64,000 nt of DNA from Gammaproteobacteria bacterium (GTDB taxonomy: Bacteria; Pseudomonadota; Gammaproteobacteria; UBA4575). Numbering within the stretch: the stretch's first letter is position 1; the number at the start of each line of letters is the position of its first letter. Under the pieces are notes generated by a model, which was not told the DNA's origin, searched no databases, and saw only the letters and a program-made list of their open reading frames with translations. Shown piece by piece: positions 55,988-64,000 of the stretch. Location: positions 258,482 to 322,481 of the forward strand of contig OZ243969.1 in NCBI GenBank assembly GCA_965214675.1, read 5' to 3'. The translations under genes were made by a program, and so were the position numbers.

Positions 55988-56845
55988 GTGGCCAAGCGAA
56001 ACGTAGTGATCACAGGCTGTTCCAGCGGTATCGGGCAATGTGCTGCCGAGATGCTGTCCACCCGGGGCTATCGTGTGCTGGCCACGGCACGCAAACCGCA
56101 AGACCTGGAGCGGCTTGAAGAAAGCGGGCTTGAAGCCCTGAGCCTGGACTTGAGTGATCCGGCGAGTGTGTCGGCATTGGCGGATGAGGTATTGGCGCGC
56201 ACCGGTGAAAAGGTCTATGGACTGTTTAACAACGGCGCCTATGGGCAGCCCGGGGCCGTGGAAGATCTGTCACGGGAAGTCCTGCGGGCCCAGCTGGAAA
56301 CCAACGTCCTCGGCTGGCATGACCTGACCTGCCGGCTGTTGCCGTCCATGCGGGCCAATCGTGCCGGGCGCATCATTCAGAACAGTTCGTTGCTGGGACT
56401 GATGGCACTGCATTATCGCGGGGCGTATACGGCCAGCAAGTTTGCCATCGAGGGCCTGACGGACACCCTGAGGCTGGAGCTGGCCGGTTCAGGTGTGTAT
56501 GTATCGCTTATCGAACCGGGCCCGGTTATCAGTCGCTTCAGGGAAAACGCATACGCTGCGTACAAGGCCAACATCGATCCCTCGACAAGCGCGCATCGCG
56601 ACATGTATCCCATTATAGAAGCGCGTCTGAAAGACGACGACAGTTCGGTACCGTTTACACTGCCCGCCAGGGCCGTGGTGAAGAAGGTCATTCATGCCCT
56701 GGAAGCCCGGCGGCCCAGGGCGCGCTATTACGTGACCGTACCGACCTACCTGTTGGGTTATCTGAAACGGATACTTTCTTCCCGTCAACTCGACCGTGTG
56801 CTGCATGCGATTTCCCGGGCTGAAAACGCACCCGGGCCCAAATGA
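55988..56845 (+). CDS. SDR-family short-chain dehydrogenase/reductase
   Basis: VVITGCSSGIGQ (TGxxxGxG) and the catalytic YTASK (YxxxK); GTG start. Confidence 0.8.
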   Translation: MAKRNVVITGCSSGIGQCAAEMLSTRGYRVLATARKPQDLERLEESGLEALSLDLSDPASVSALADEVLARTGEKVYGLFNNGAYGQPGAVEDLSREVLRAQLETNVLGWHDLTCRLLPSMRANRAGRIIQNSSLLGLMALHYRGAYTASKFAIEGLTDTLRLELAGSGVYVSLIEPGPVISRFRENAYAAYKANIDPSTSAHRDMYPIIEARLKDDDSSVPFTLPARAVVKKVIHALEARRPRARYYVTVPTYLLGYLKRILSSRQLDRVLHAISRAENAPGPK

Positions 56846-56930
56846 ACTCCAGGTGAGATCGCACGCCGTTGCAAAGTGGGAATGACTGCATGCAGAGGAT
56901 AGCGCGCACGACTGCCCCGGATCGCAGGGG

Positions 56931-57320
56931 ATGAACCGTATGAAGCCACTCATACAGCGTACCTCAGGGATGAACTTTGTCTGCAGCCAGCAGGGCACTT
57001 CGAGATACCATTACATCAGGCCATTGCCTTGCGGCGAGGATCCTGCTGCGACCTTTGCACAGGTGAAGGACCTGGTGTACCGAATGCCGCGAACCGTAAT
57101 TCTTGAGGCTACCGACGAGTATATTCATGCCCTTTGCCGTACACCGATCTTTCAGTTTCCCGATGACCTGAAGTGTCTTCTTTGCATGCAGGAACGCGTG
57201 ATCCATGTGAGCTCGGCATCGCGACTCGGATATCATGACCTGGGGGTCAACCGGGCACGGGTCGAGCGTTTGCGTCGCAAGCTCAAGCGCGCGCAAGACC
57301 AGGCGTTGCCGGCCAAGTGA
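56931..57320 (+). CDS. hypothetical protein, DUF1499-like
   Basis: 129 aa. The C-terminal HVSSASRLGYHDLGVNRARVERLRRKL resembles the DUF1499 core, and NFVCSQ sits at the position of the family PNCVSS motif. It lacks the usual N-terminal hydrophobic segment. Confidence 0.45.
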   Translation: MNRMKPLIQRTSGMNFVCSQQGTSRYHYIRPLPCGEDPAATFAQVKDLVYRMPRTVILEATDEYIHALCRTPIFQFPDDLKCLLCMQERVIHVSSASRLGYHDLGVNRARVERLRRKLKRAQDQALPAK

Positions 57321-57470
57321 AATTCGCATTCCCCGGGTTTACCAGGTATCGATGACTTTCCTGTGATGATGCCAGCCTGTGCGTAAGACACTGTTTCAGA
57401 TTTCAAAACGGCACCTTCCTGTATCATTGCCCCCTGGTATTTTAGTTCAGCTTTTTTGAAGACTTCTGTA

Positions 57471-58277
57471 ATGCGAATCGCCCTTGGCATCGAATACGAC
57501 GGCAGCCGTTTTTGTGGATGGCAGCGCCAGAAAGGTTCAAATACGGTGCAGGAGTCACTTGAGCAGGCGATCTCCAGGGTGGCGGATGCACCTGTACGGG
57601 TCTGTGCGGCGGGACGTACGGATACCGGTGTGCATGCGAGCGAGCAGGTGGTCCATTTTGACAGCGCTGCACGGCGGCAGGTTCGTGCCTGGGTGATGGG
57701 TGTCAACACGCATTTGCCGGATTCGATATCCGTGTTGTGGGCGTTGCCCGTAGAAGATGATTTCCATGCGCGCTATTCGGCCATATCAAGGCAGTACCGC
57801 TATGTGATACTGAATCGCCCGACACGACCGGCATTACTCAGGGAACAGGTCACGTGGATCTATCAGGCACTGGATAGCGAAGCGATGCAGCAGGCCGCGT
57901 TGTGCCTGGAGGGCACCCACGACTTCTCATCCTACCGGGCACTGGCCTGCCAGGCGAAAAGCCCGGTTCGAACGGTGCATGAGGTGAGCGTGCGCCGACA
58001 CCAGGAGTTTATATTTCTGGATATCCGGGCCGATGGATTTCTGCATCACATGGTGCGCAACATTGCCGGTGTACTCATCGCCATCGGCAGGGGTGAGCAA
58101 AAGATCAGCTGGGCGGAAGCGGTGCTTCAGCTCCGTGACCGCACACTGGGGGGCATGACCGCCCCTGCAGCAGGCTTGTATCTGGTAAAAGTGCAGTATG
58201 ATGACAAGTATCGTTTATGTCCTGCAGTACAATGGCCTGCCGTTGGTGCGGGTCCAACACGAGGCAGCAAGGGGTAG
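57471..58277 (+). CDS. truA: tRNA pseudouridine(38-40) synthase
   Basis: MRIALGIEYDGSRFCGWQRQ N-terminus and the catalytic Asp region GRTDTGVHA. Confidence 0.93.
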   Translation: MRIALGIEYDGSRFCGWQRQKGSNTVQESLEQAISRVADAPVRVCAAGRTDTGVHASEQVVHFDSAARRQVRAWVMGVNTHLPDSISVLWALPVEDDFHARYSAISRQYRYVILNRPTRPALLREQVTWIYQALDSEAMQQAALCLEGTHDFSSYRALACQAKSPVRTVHEVSVRRHQEFIFLDIRADGFLHHMVRNIAGVLIAIGRGEQKISWAEAVLQLRDRTLGGMTAPAAGLYLVKVQYDDKYRLCPAVQWPAVGAGPTRGSKG

Positions 58278-58282
58278 GAGGT

Positions 58283-58912
58283 ATGTCAACCCGGATCAAA
58301 TTTTGCGGCATGACCCGTGCCGAGGATGTCGGCCATGCCATTGACTTGGAAGTCAATGCCCTGGGTTTCGTGTTTGTGAAAGAAAGCCCGCGCAACCTTG
58401 GCATCGAGCAAGCCAGGCAACTGATGGAACATGTGCCGCCGTTTATCATGAGGGTGGGATTATTCATGGATGCGACGGTTGATGAAATCGAGGATATCAT
58501 TCGCCATACAAGGCTCAACATGCTGCAGTTTCACGGCAGCGAAGAAGAGGAATTTTGCCGTCAGTTCAGGGTCCCCTATCTGAAAGCCGTGCCGGTGCGC
58601 AGTACCGATTCGATTGAACATTTTTGCACCGGGTATCCATCGGCTTCAGGGTTTGTGCTGGACAGTCATGCACGCGGGGAGATGGGAGGCACAGGAGAAT
58701 CCTTTGCCTGGCACAGGGTCCCCGCATCGCTTGATCGTCCGGTGGTGCTGGCGGGCGGACTGACTCCTGAAAACATTGCCCGGGCGGTACGCGAGGTGCA
58801 GCCGTATGCGGTGGATGTCAGCAGCGGCATAGAATCCTCGCCCGGCCTTAAGGATTTCGAGAAAATGAAACGATTTGTTATGGAAGCAAGACATGGCCAG
58901 CAAAGTTCCTGA
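58283..58912 (+). CDS. trpF: N-(5'-phosphoribosyl)anthranilate isomerase
   Basis: [17 protein letters not shown]-terminus, about 210 aa. The ORF is open from 58217. Confidence 0.9.
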   Translation: MSTRIKFCGMTRAEDVGHAIDLEVNALGFVFVKESPRNLGIEQARQLMEHVPPFIMRVGLFMDATVDEIEDIIRHTRLNMLQFHGSEEEEFCRQFRVPYLKAVPVRSTDSIEHFCTGYPSASGFVLDSHARGEMGGTGESFAWHRVPASLDRPVVLAGGLTPENIARAVREVQPYAVDVSSGIESSPGLKDFEKMKRFVMEARHGQQSS

Positions 58913-60125
58913 ATCGCCTGTTACCGCGGCCTATGCCGAGGTCCCGGATCGGGCGGGCATGTTTGGCGAGTACGGGGGGCGCTATGTCGCAGAAACCCTG
59001 ATCGAGCCCCTGGTGCAGCTTGAGGCTGCGTATAAGAAGTTCAGGAAGGATCCCGGCTTCGTGGCCGAGTTCGAGGCGGACCTCAGTCACTACGTGGGGC
59101 GACCCAGCCCGCTGTACCACGCGCACCGGCTCAGCGAAATCAATGGCGGTGCCCAGATTTATCTGAAACGCGAGGACCTGAACCATACCGGCGCCCACAA
59201 GATCAACAACACCATCGGCCAGGCCCTGCTCGCCAGGCGCATGCACAAGACCCGCATCATTGCCGAGACCGGGGCCGGCCAGCATGGCGTGGCCAGTGCG
59301 ACCGTTGCCGCACGCATGGGTCTTGAATGCGTCGTGTACATGGGCGAGGAGGACATCCGGCGCCAGGCACCCAATGTCTATCGCATGCGGCTTCTGGGGG
59401 CTGAGGTGGTGCCAGTCAAATCCGGTTCGAAGACACTCAAGGATGCGCTCAATGAGGCATTGCGCGACTGGGTCACGCACGTCGATAGCACGTTCTATAT
59501 CATCGGTACGGTTGCCGGACCCCATCCCTATCCACTGCTGGTGCGCGACTTCCAGACGGTCATCGGCCGCGAGGCAAAAGCCCAGCTGCAGGCACGCACG
59601 GGCGCGCTGCCGGATGCACTTGTGGCCTGTGTCGGCGGAGGCTCCAATGCAATCGGCTTGTTCCATCCGTTCCTGAATGACACACAGGTCAGGATGTACG
59701 GGGTTGAAGCGGCCGGCCTGGGACTGGACACCTCCAGGCATTCAGCGCCGCTGAATACCGGAACTCCGGGGGTGCTGCATGGGAATCGCACCTACCTGAT
59801 GGAAGACGAAAACGGCCAGATCATCGAAACCCATTCGATTTCTGCCGGCCTGGACTACCCGGGAGTCGGCCCGGAACACGCCTGGCTGAAGGATGTGGGT
59901 CGGGTGCTTTATGAATCGGTCACGGATGAGCAGGCACTGGCGGCATTTCACAAGCTGACCCGAATCGAGGGAATCATTCCGGCACTTGAGAGCAGCCATG
60001 CCCTGGCGTATGCATTGCAGCTGGGCGCCAAAATGGCACGGGAGCAGACTCTCATCGTCAACCTTTCCGGGCGAGGAGACAAGGACATCGACACCGTGGC
60101 GCAAATCGAGGGTATCGCGCTGTGA
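58893..60125 (+). CDS. trpB: tryptophan synthase beta chain
   Basis: The sequence reads [13 protein letters not shown]...[16 protein letters not shown], which contains the PLP-binding Lys. The start is among the ATG codons at 58875-58893. Confidence 0.94.
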   Translation: MASKVPESPVTAAYAEVPDRAGMFGEYGGRYVAETLIEPLVQLEAAYKKFRKDPGFVAEFEADLSHYVGRPSPLYHAHRLSEINGGAQIYLKREDLNHTGAHKINNTIGQALLARRMHKTRIIAETGAGQHGVASATVAARMGLECVVYMGEEDIRRQAPNVYRMRLLGAEVVPVKSGSKTLKDALNEALRDWVTHVDSTFYIIGTVAGPHPYPLLVRDFQTVIGREAKAQLQARTGALPDALVACVGGGSNAIGLFHPFLNDTQVRMYGVEAAGLGLDTSRHSAPLNTGTPGVLHGNRTYLMEDENGQIIETHSISAGLDYPGVGPEHAWLKDVGRVLYESVTDEQALAAFHKLTRIEGIIPALESSHALAYALQLGAKMAREQTLIVNLSGRGDKDIDTVAQIEGIAL

Positions 60126-60961
60126 GCCGCATCAAGGATCGCTTCGATGCTCTGGCAAAACGAGGGCGCAAGGCGCTGATTCCCTACATTACCGCGGGCG
60201 ACCCGCATCCGGGTCAAACGGTAGCACTCATGCATACCCTGGTGGATGCAGGTGCGGACATGATTGAGGTCGGCATCCCATTTTCCGATCCAATGGCGGA
60301 TGGGCCCGTGATTCAGGCGGCGTGCGAGCGTGCACTGGCCCACAATACCAGCCTGAGAGATGTCCTGGAGATGGTGCGCGAGTTCCGCGAGCATGATTCA
60401 CGCACGCCGATTATCCTGATGGGCTACCAGAACCCGGTTGAAGTGCTGGGTATCGCGGAGTTTGCCCGCCGGGCAAGACAAAGCCAGGTGGACGGTGTGC
60501 TGACCGTGGACCTGCCGCTGGAGCAGGCTGGACAGACGCTTGAAATTTATAGAAAACACGGTATCGATACGGTTTTCCTGATTGCTCCGACCACAAGTGA
60601 GGCGCGAATCAAAAAAATCTGTGAGGCGTCTTCCGGTCTTATATATTATGTCTCCCTGAAAGGAGTAACCGGCGCAGGACATTTGGATATCTCGCAAGTA
60701 AACGGCAAGGTCCGTGAAATCAGGCAGTACTCGACGTTGCCTGTCGGGGTCGGATTTGGAGTCCGCGATGCCAAAAGTGCTAAAGAAATCGCATCCGTTG
60801 CCGATGCCGTGATTGTCGGCAGTGCCCTGATCCGCCAGATAGAGGCCCATCTTACGGACGATGACACCATGAAGAAAAATGTAGCGACCCTGGTCAAGGA
60901 CATGCGTGATGCGATGGACAGCAATGCCCGGGTGTCGGACCGGTCTGAAGTTACTTCCTGA
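60122..60961 (+). CDS. trpA: tryptophan synthase alpha chain
   Basis: The sequence reads [13 protein letters not shown]...[14 protein letters not shown], with a GTGA overlap with the trpB stop (translational coupling). Confidence 0.94.
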   Translation: MSRIKDRFDALAKRGRKALIPYITAGDPHPGQTVALMHTLVDAGADMIEVGIPFSDPMADGPVIQAACERALAHNTSLRDVLEMVREFREHDSRTPIILMGYQNPVEVLGIAEFARRARQSQVDGVLTVDLPLEQAGQTLEIYRKHGIDTVFLIAPTTSEARIKKICEASSGLIYYVSLKGVTGAGHLDISQVNGKVREIRQYSTLPVGVGFGVRDAKSAKEIASVADAVIVGSALIRQIEAHLTDDDTMKKNVATLVKDMRDAMDSNARVSDRSEVTS

Positions 60962-60973
60962 TTGCAGGTACCC

Positions 60974-61825
60974 ATGAGTTGGCTGGAAAAATTGATGCCT
61001 TCCCGTATCCGTACCGAGGGTACGGGCAAACGCAAGATGCCCGAAGGACTTTGGGACAAGTGCACGAACTGCGGTGCTGTCCTGTACCGTTCGGACCTGG
61101 AGCGCAACCTGCAGGTTTGCCCGAAATGCAACCACCACATGCGTATTGGTGCGCGGGCACGGCTGCATGCATTTCTGGATGAGAGTCCTCTCGAGGAGAT
61201 AGGGCAGGAGATCGCACCGAAAGACTTCCTCAAGTTCAGGGACAGCAAAAAATATAAAGACCGTCTGGCGGCGGCCCAGAAAACCACGAAGGAAAGTGAA
61301 GCGCTGCTGGTCATGAAAGGCGGTCTGAAAAAGCTTCCCGTCGTCGCCGTGGCATTCGAGTTCAGTTTCATCGGTGGATCCATGGGTTCGGTGGTCGGTG
61401 AGCGCTTTTTCCAGGCAGCACGGCGGTCCCTGGAGGATGCGGTCCCGCTGGTCTGTTTTTCCACAAGCGGTGGAGCACGCATGCAAGAAGCACTGATGTC
61501 CCTGTTTCAGATGGCTAAAACGAGTGCCGTGCTGGACCGCATGCGCAGCCTGCACATCCCTTTCGTCTCGGTCATGACGGACCCTACCATGGGAGGCGTG
61601 TCTGCCAGTCTGGCCATGCTGGGGGATATCAATATTGCCGAGCCCAAGGCATTGATCGGTTTCGCAGGCCCCAGGGTCATTGAGCAAACGGTTCGTGAGA
61701 AATTACCCGAGGGTTTCCAGCGCAGCGAGTTCCTGCTTGAGCATGGTGCCCTGGACATGATTGTCGAGCGCAAGAACCTGCGTGACGAGGTACACCGGAT
61801 ATTGTGCATATTGCAACACCAATAA
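60974..61825 (+). CDS. accD: acetyl-CoA carboxylase carboxyltransferase subunit beta
   Basis: N-terminal zinc ribbon CTNCGAVLY...CPKCNHH and the carboxyltransferase domain. Confidence 0.94.
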   Translation: MSWLEKLMPSRIRTEGTGKRKMPEGLWDKCTNCGAVLYRSDLERNLQVCPKCNHHMRIGARARLHAFLDESPLEEIGQEIAPKDFLKFRDSKKYKDRLAAAQKTTKESEALLVMKGGLKKLPVVAVAFEFSFIGGSMGSVVGERFFQAARRSLEDAVPLVCFSTSGGARMQEALMSLFQMAKTSAVLDRMRSLHIPFVSVMTDPTMGGVSASLAMLGDINIAEPKALIGFAGPRVIEQTVREKLPEGFQRSEFLLEHGALDMIVERKNLRDEVHRILCILQHQ

Positions 61826-61940
61826 ATTGTCGACGATAATTCCGGCCTGAAGCGGGTCCGTTATCCGCACAATGGTCCGCCCGTGTAGCACCTGCATGCC
61901 ATCCTAACCACCAAGTTACCTATCCTGAGGTTTCACTGTT

Positions 61941-63206
61941 TTGCGATTCAAACACCTTCAAGATTGGCTCGCCTGGCAGCAAACCCTGCATTCTCAGAAG
62001 ATTCAGCTGGGACTGGACCGTGTTGCCAGGGTGGCCTACGAGCTCGGCATCATGCAGCCTGAATACAAGGTGGTTATGGTGGCTGGCACCAATGGCAAGG
62101 GTTCGATTACTGCGATACTGGAGTCCATCTATCATCGCGCCGGGTACCGTGTCGCTGCCTACACCTCACCCCACCTGCTCAAGTACAACGAGCGCATCCG
62201 GGTCGGAAAAGAGAATGTCGAGGATGAACTGTTGTGCAACGCCTTTGATCTGGTGGATCAGGCACGCGCAGAGTTCAGCCTGAGTTATTTCGAGTTCGGT
62301 ACGCTGGCTGCCATGCAGATCTTCAGCCAACTGCCACTGGACGTGGCTGTTTTCGAGGTGGGGCTCGGGGGGCGTCTGGATGCCGTCAATATCTACGATG
62401 CAGATGTGGCCATTGTTTCAAACATCGGTCTGGATCATGTGCAGTGGCTGGGATCTACACGGGAATCCATTGGCCTTGAGAAAGCGGGGATCTTCCGCAA
62501 GGGCAAGCCCGCCATTTGCGGGGACAGGGAGCCTCCCGGAACGCTGTTGAAGTATGCCGAGGACACGGGAGCTGAGTTGTACCTCGTGGACCAGGATTTT
62601 TCCTACCAGCGCGAAGATGAGGGGGGCTGGTCATTCCATACGCCGACACTCGACTGGAAGGATTTGCCGGTGCCCAACCTGTATGGCGATGTGCAGGTTG
62701 GCAATGCGGCGACGGCATTGATGAGCCTGCAGTGCCTGGAGGACGAATTGCCGGTCACACACGAGGTTGCGGCACAGGGGTTGACGGAAGTCTGCCTGTC
62801 CGGGCGTTTCCAGCGCGTCCTGGATGGATGTGAGGTAATCTTTGATGTGGCCCACAATCTGGACAGTGCAAAAGTTCTCGGCAAGAATCTTCTCGAATTG
62901 CAGCCTGCCTCGAGAACCTATGCGGTGCTGGCGGTGCTGGAGGACAAGGATGTCGAGGGAATCATAGGAGCGGTGAACAGGCAAATCGATGAATGGTATA
63001 TCTCGGAGCTCGATTCAGAACGATCCCTGGGCACTGCGGATTTGCAGGATCACATCAAGCGGCTGGACCCGGAGGCGGTCGTGAAGATTTTCCCCTCCAT
63101 CTCAAAGGGCTGGCTGGCTGCAAAAGACAAGGCCAGCCGTACTTCCCGGATCGTGGTGTTTGGCTCTTTCCTGACGGTGGCGGAAGTACTAAGCTTGCAC
63201 GTATAA
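61941..63206 (+). CDS. folC: bifunctional folylpolyglutamate synthase / dihydrofolate synthase
   Basis: P-loop VAGTNGKGS, Mur-ligase family, conserved accD-folC order. Probable TTG start with GAGG at -10. Confidence 0.9.
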   Translation: MRFKHLQDWLAWQQTLHSQKIQLGLDRVARVAYELGIMQPEYKVVMVAGTNGKGSITAILESIYHRAGYRVAAYTSPHLLKYNERIRVGKENVEDELLCNAFDLVDQARAEFSLSYFEFGTLAAMQIFSQLPLDVAVFEVGLGGRLDAVNIYDADVAIVSNIGLDHVQWLGSTRESIGLEKAGIFRKGKPAICGDREPPGTLLKYAEDTGAELYLVDQDFSYQREDEGGWSFHTPTLDWKDLPVPNLYGDVQVGNAATALMSLQCLEDELPVTHEVAAQGLTEVCLSGRFQRVLDGCEVIFDVAHNLDSAKVLGKNLLELQPASRTYAVLAVLEDKDVEGIIGAVNRQIDEWYISELDSERSLGTADLQDHIKRLDPEAVVKIFPSISKGWLAAKDKASRTSRIVVFGSFLTVAEVLSLHV

Positions 63207-63266
63207 TCGCGTGCACCCATTCACGAGGTCAAGCCGGTCTACGAGGAGCTGGATACAAGGTATATC

Positions 63267-63878
63267 ATGGAAACGAACCTGAAGCAGCGCCTGATCGGCG
63301 CAGTGGTCATCATTGCCCTGGCAGCCATCTTCGTGCCGATGCTGTTCGACGGATCCGGCCGCAAGGAGTCATCAATGGTTGAGGCGGAATTGTCCCTGGC
63401 ACCGCCCAAATTCAATTTTGAAAGCCAGTTACCTGATGCCGAACAACTGGACTCGCTGCCTGTCGCTGAAAAAGACCCTGTACCGCAAGCCGTCACGGCT
63501 GATTCCGTCAGCGAGCCGACGGCAGTCCGTGCGCCGGCTGGCAAACCTGACAAGGTGGAAAAGCCGGTGGTGCAGAAGTCGAAACCGAAGCCAGAGCCAG
63601 TCAAGCCCACGGCAAGCCAGATTGAGTCAGTCCCCTCGTTAGGTGCCTGGGCAGTACAAGTGGCCGCATTCGAGGAAAAAAGTACCGCCCTGGCTGTGCA
63701 GAAGAAGTTGACTGATGGCAAGTTCTCGGCATTTACCGAGAAACTTGAAAAGGGAGGCAAGGTGCTTTATCGGGTCAAGGCCGGGCCTGAGCTCAAACGC
63801 GAAAATGCGCATCAGTTGCGCGCGAAAATTGAGAAAAACCTGGGCATCAAGGGCGCCTTTGTAACCCCGCATCCCTGA
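63267..63878 (+). CDS. dedD: SPOR-domain cell division protein (DedD-like)
   Basis: N-terminal TM (LIGAVVIIALAAIFVPMLF), a Pro/Lys-rich linker and a C-terminal SPOR domain (WAVQVAAFEEKSTALAVQKKL...LYRVKAGP). folC-dedD-cvpA order is conserved. Confidence 0.8.
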   Translation: METNLKQRLIGAVVIIALAAIFVPMLFDGSGRKESSMVEAELSLAPPKFNFESQLPDAEQLDSLPVAEKDPVPQAVTADSVSEPTAVRAPAGKPDKVEKPVVQKSKPKPEPVKPTASQIESVPSLGAWAVQVAAFEEKSTALAVQKKLTDGKFSAFTEKLEKGGKVLYRVKAGPELKRENAHQLRAKIEKNLGIKGAFVTPHP

Positions 63879-63960
63879 GCCAGGATGGTTTGAGCAGGGG
63901 GTAGTCAGCCATGCCCTGTGCCCGGGATGAAACGCTTGCAGGCCATGGGGAGTACCGTGT

Positions 63961-64000
63961 ATGGATTTTTCATGGATTGATATCGCGATCGTGATCATAT
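63961..64000 (+). CDS. cvpA: colicin V production protein CvpA (5' end only; runs off the window)
   Basis: MDFSWIDIAIVII matches the CvpA N-terminus and sits in the expected position after dedD. Confidence 0.6.
   Translation, partial: MDFSWIDIAIVII

Noticed and set aside
55768-56061. 97-aa minus-strand ORF in the asd-SDR gap overlapping the SDR start
   Set aside because: It has no RBS or family signal and overlaps the SDR 5' end antisense. It is more likely non-coding leader sequence.
60398-61687. 429-aa minus-strand ORF antisense to trpA/accD
   Set aside because: It overlaps two strongly supported + strand genes. The sequence is Arg/His/Gln-rich and low in information. This is an antisense artefact of the high-GC third codon position.

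Overview
This window is 64 kb of conserved gammaproteobacterial core chromosome, about 58% GC, mostly on the + strand and tightly packed. I found no mobile element, CRISPR array, tRNA or rRNA.

Gene order: rpsB-tsf-frr-uppS-cdsA-dxr-rseP-bamA-skp-lpxD-fabZ-lpxA, then an inverted block (lpxB and two UDP-sugar modifying genes on the minus strand), then rnhB-dnaE-accA-tilS-pyrG-kdsA-eno-ftsB-ispD-ispF-yoaA-tsaB. After a small zinc-ribbon gene and an outer-membrane-protein gene remnant come valS and pepA (minus strand), lptF-lptG, an RDD gene, xerD-dsbC, parE-parC, htpX, the epmB/efp/epmA EF-P lysylation module, psd, aroC, an MFS transporter, leuCDB, asd, an SDR and a DUF1499-like gene, then truA-trpF-trpB-trpA-accD-folC-dedD and the start of cvpA.

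The most notable features:
- A Gfo/Idh/MocA oxidoreductase plus a DegT-family aminotransferase sit between lpxA and an inverted lpxB. This is the GnnA/GnnB-like arrangement that predicts lipid A built partly on 2,3-diamino-2,3-dideoxyglucose.
- Ribosomal protein S2 carries a roughly 160-aa Lys/Glu/Ala-rich C-terminal tail, encoded in part by six tandem 18-bp repeats (AEEPKV x6).
- A short open frame next to the DUF2007/zinc-ribbon gene encodes only the C-terminal beta-barrel signature of an outer membrane protein, so it is probably a gene remnant.
- The psd-aroC gap (538 bp) is unusually large for this region and contains a candidate 64-aa secreted or lipoprotein ORF.

I could not identify any clearly novel multi-gene system. 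Long antisense ORFs are abundant and are treated as GC-driven artefacts.
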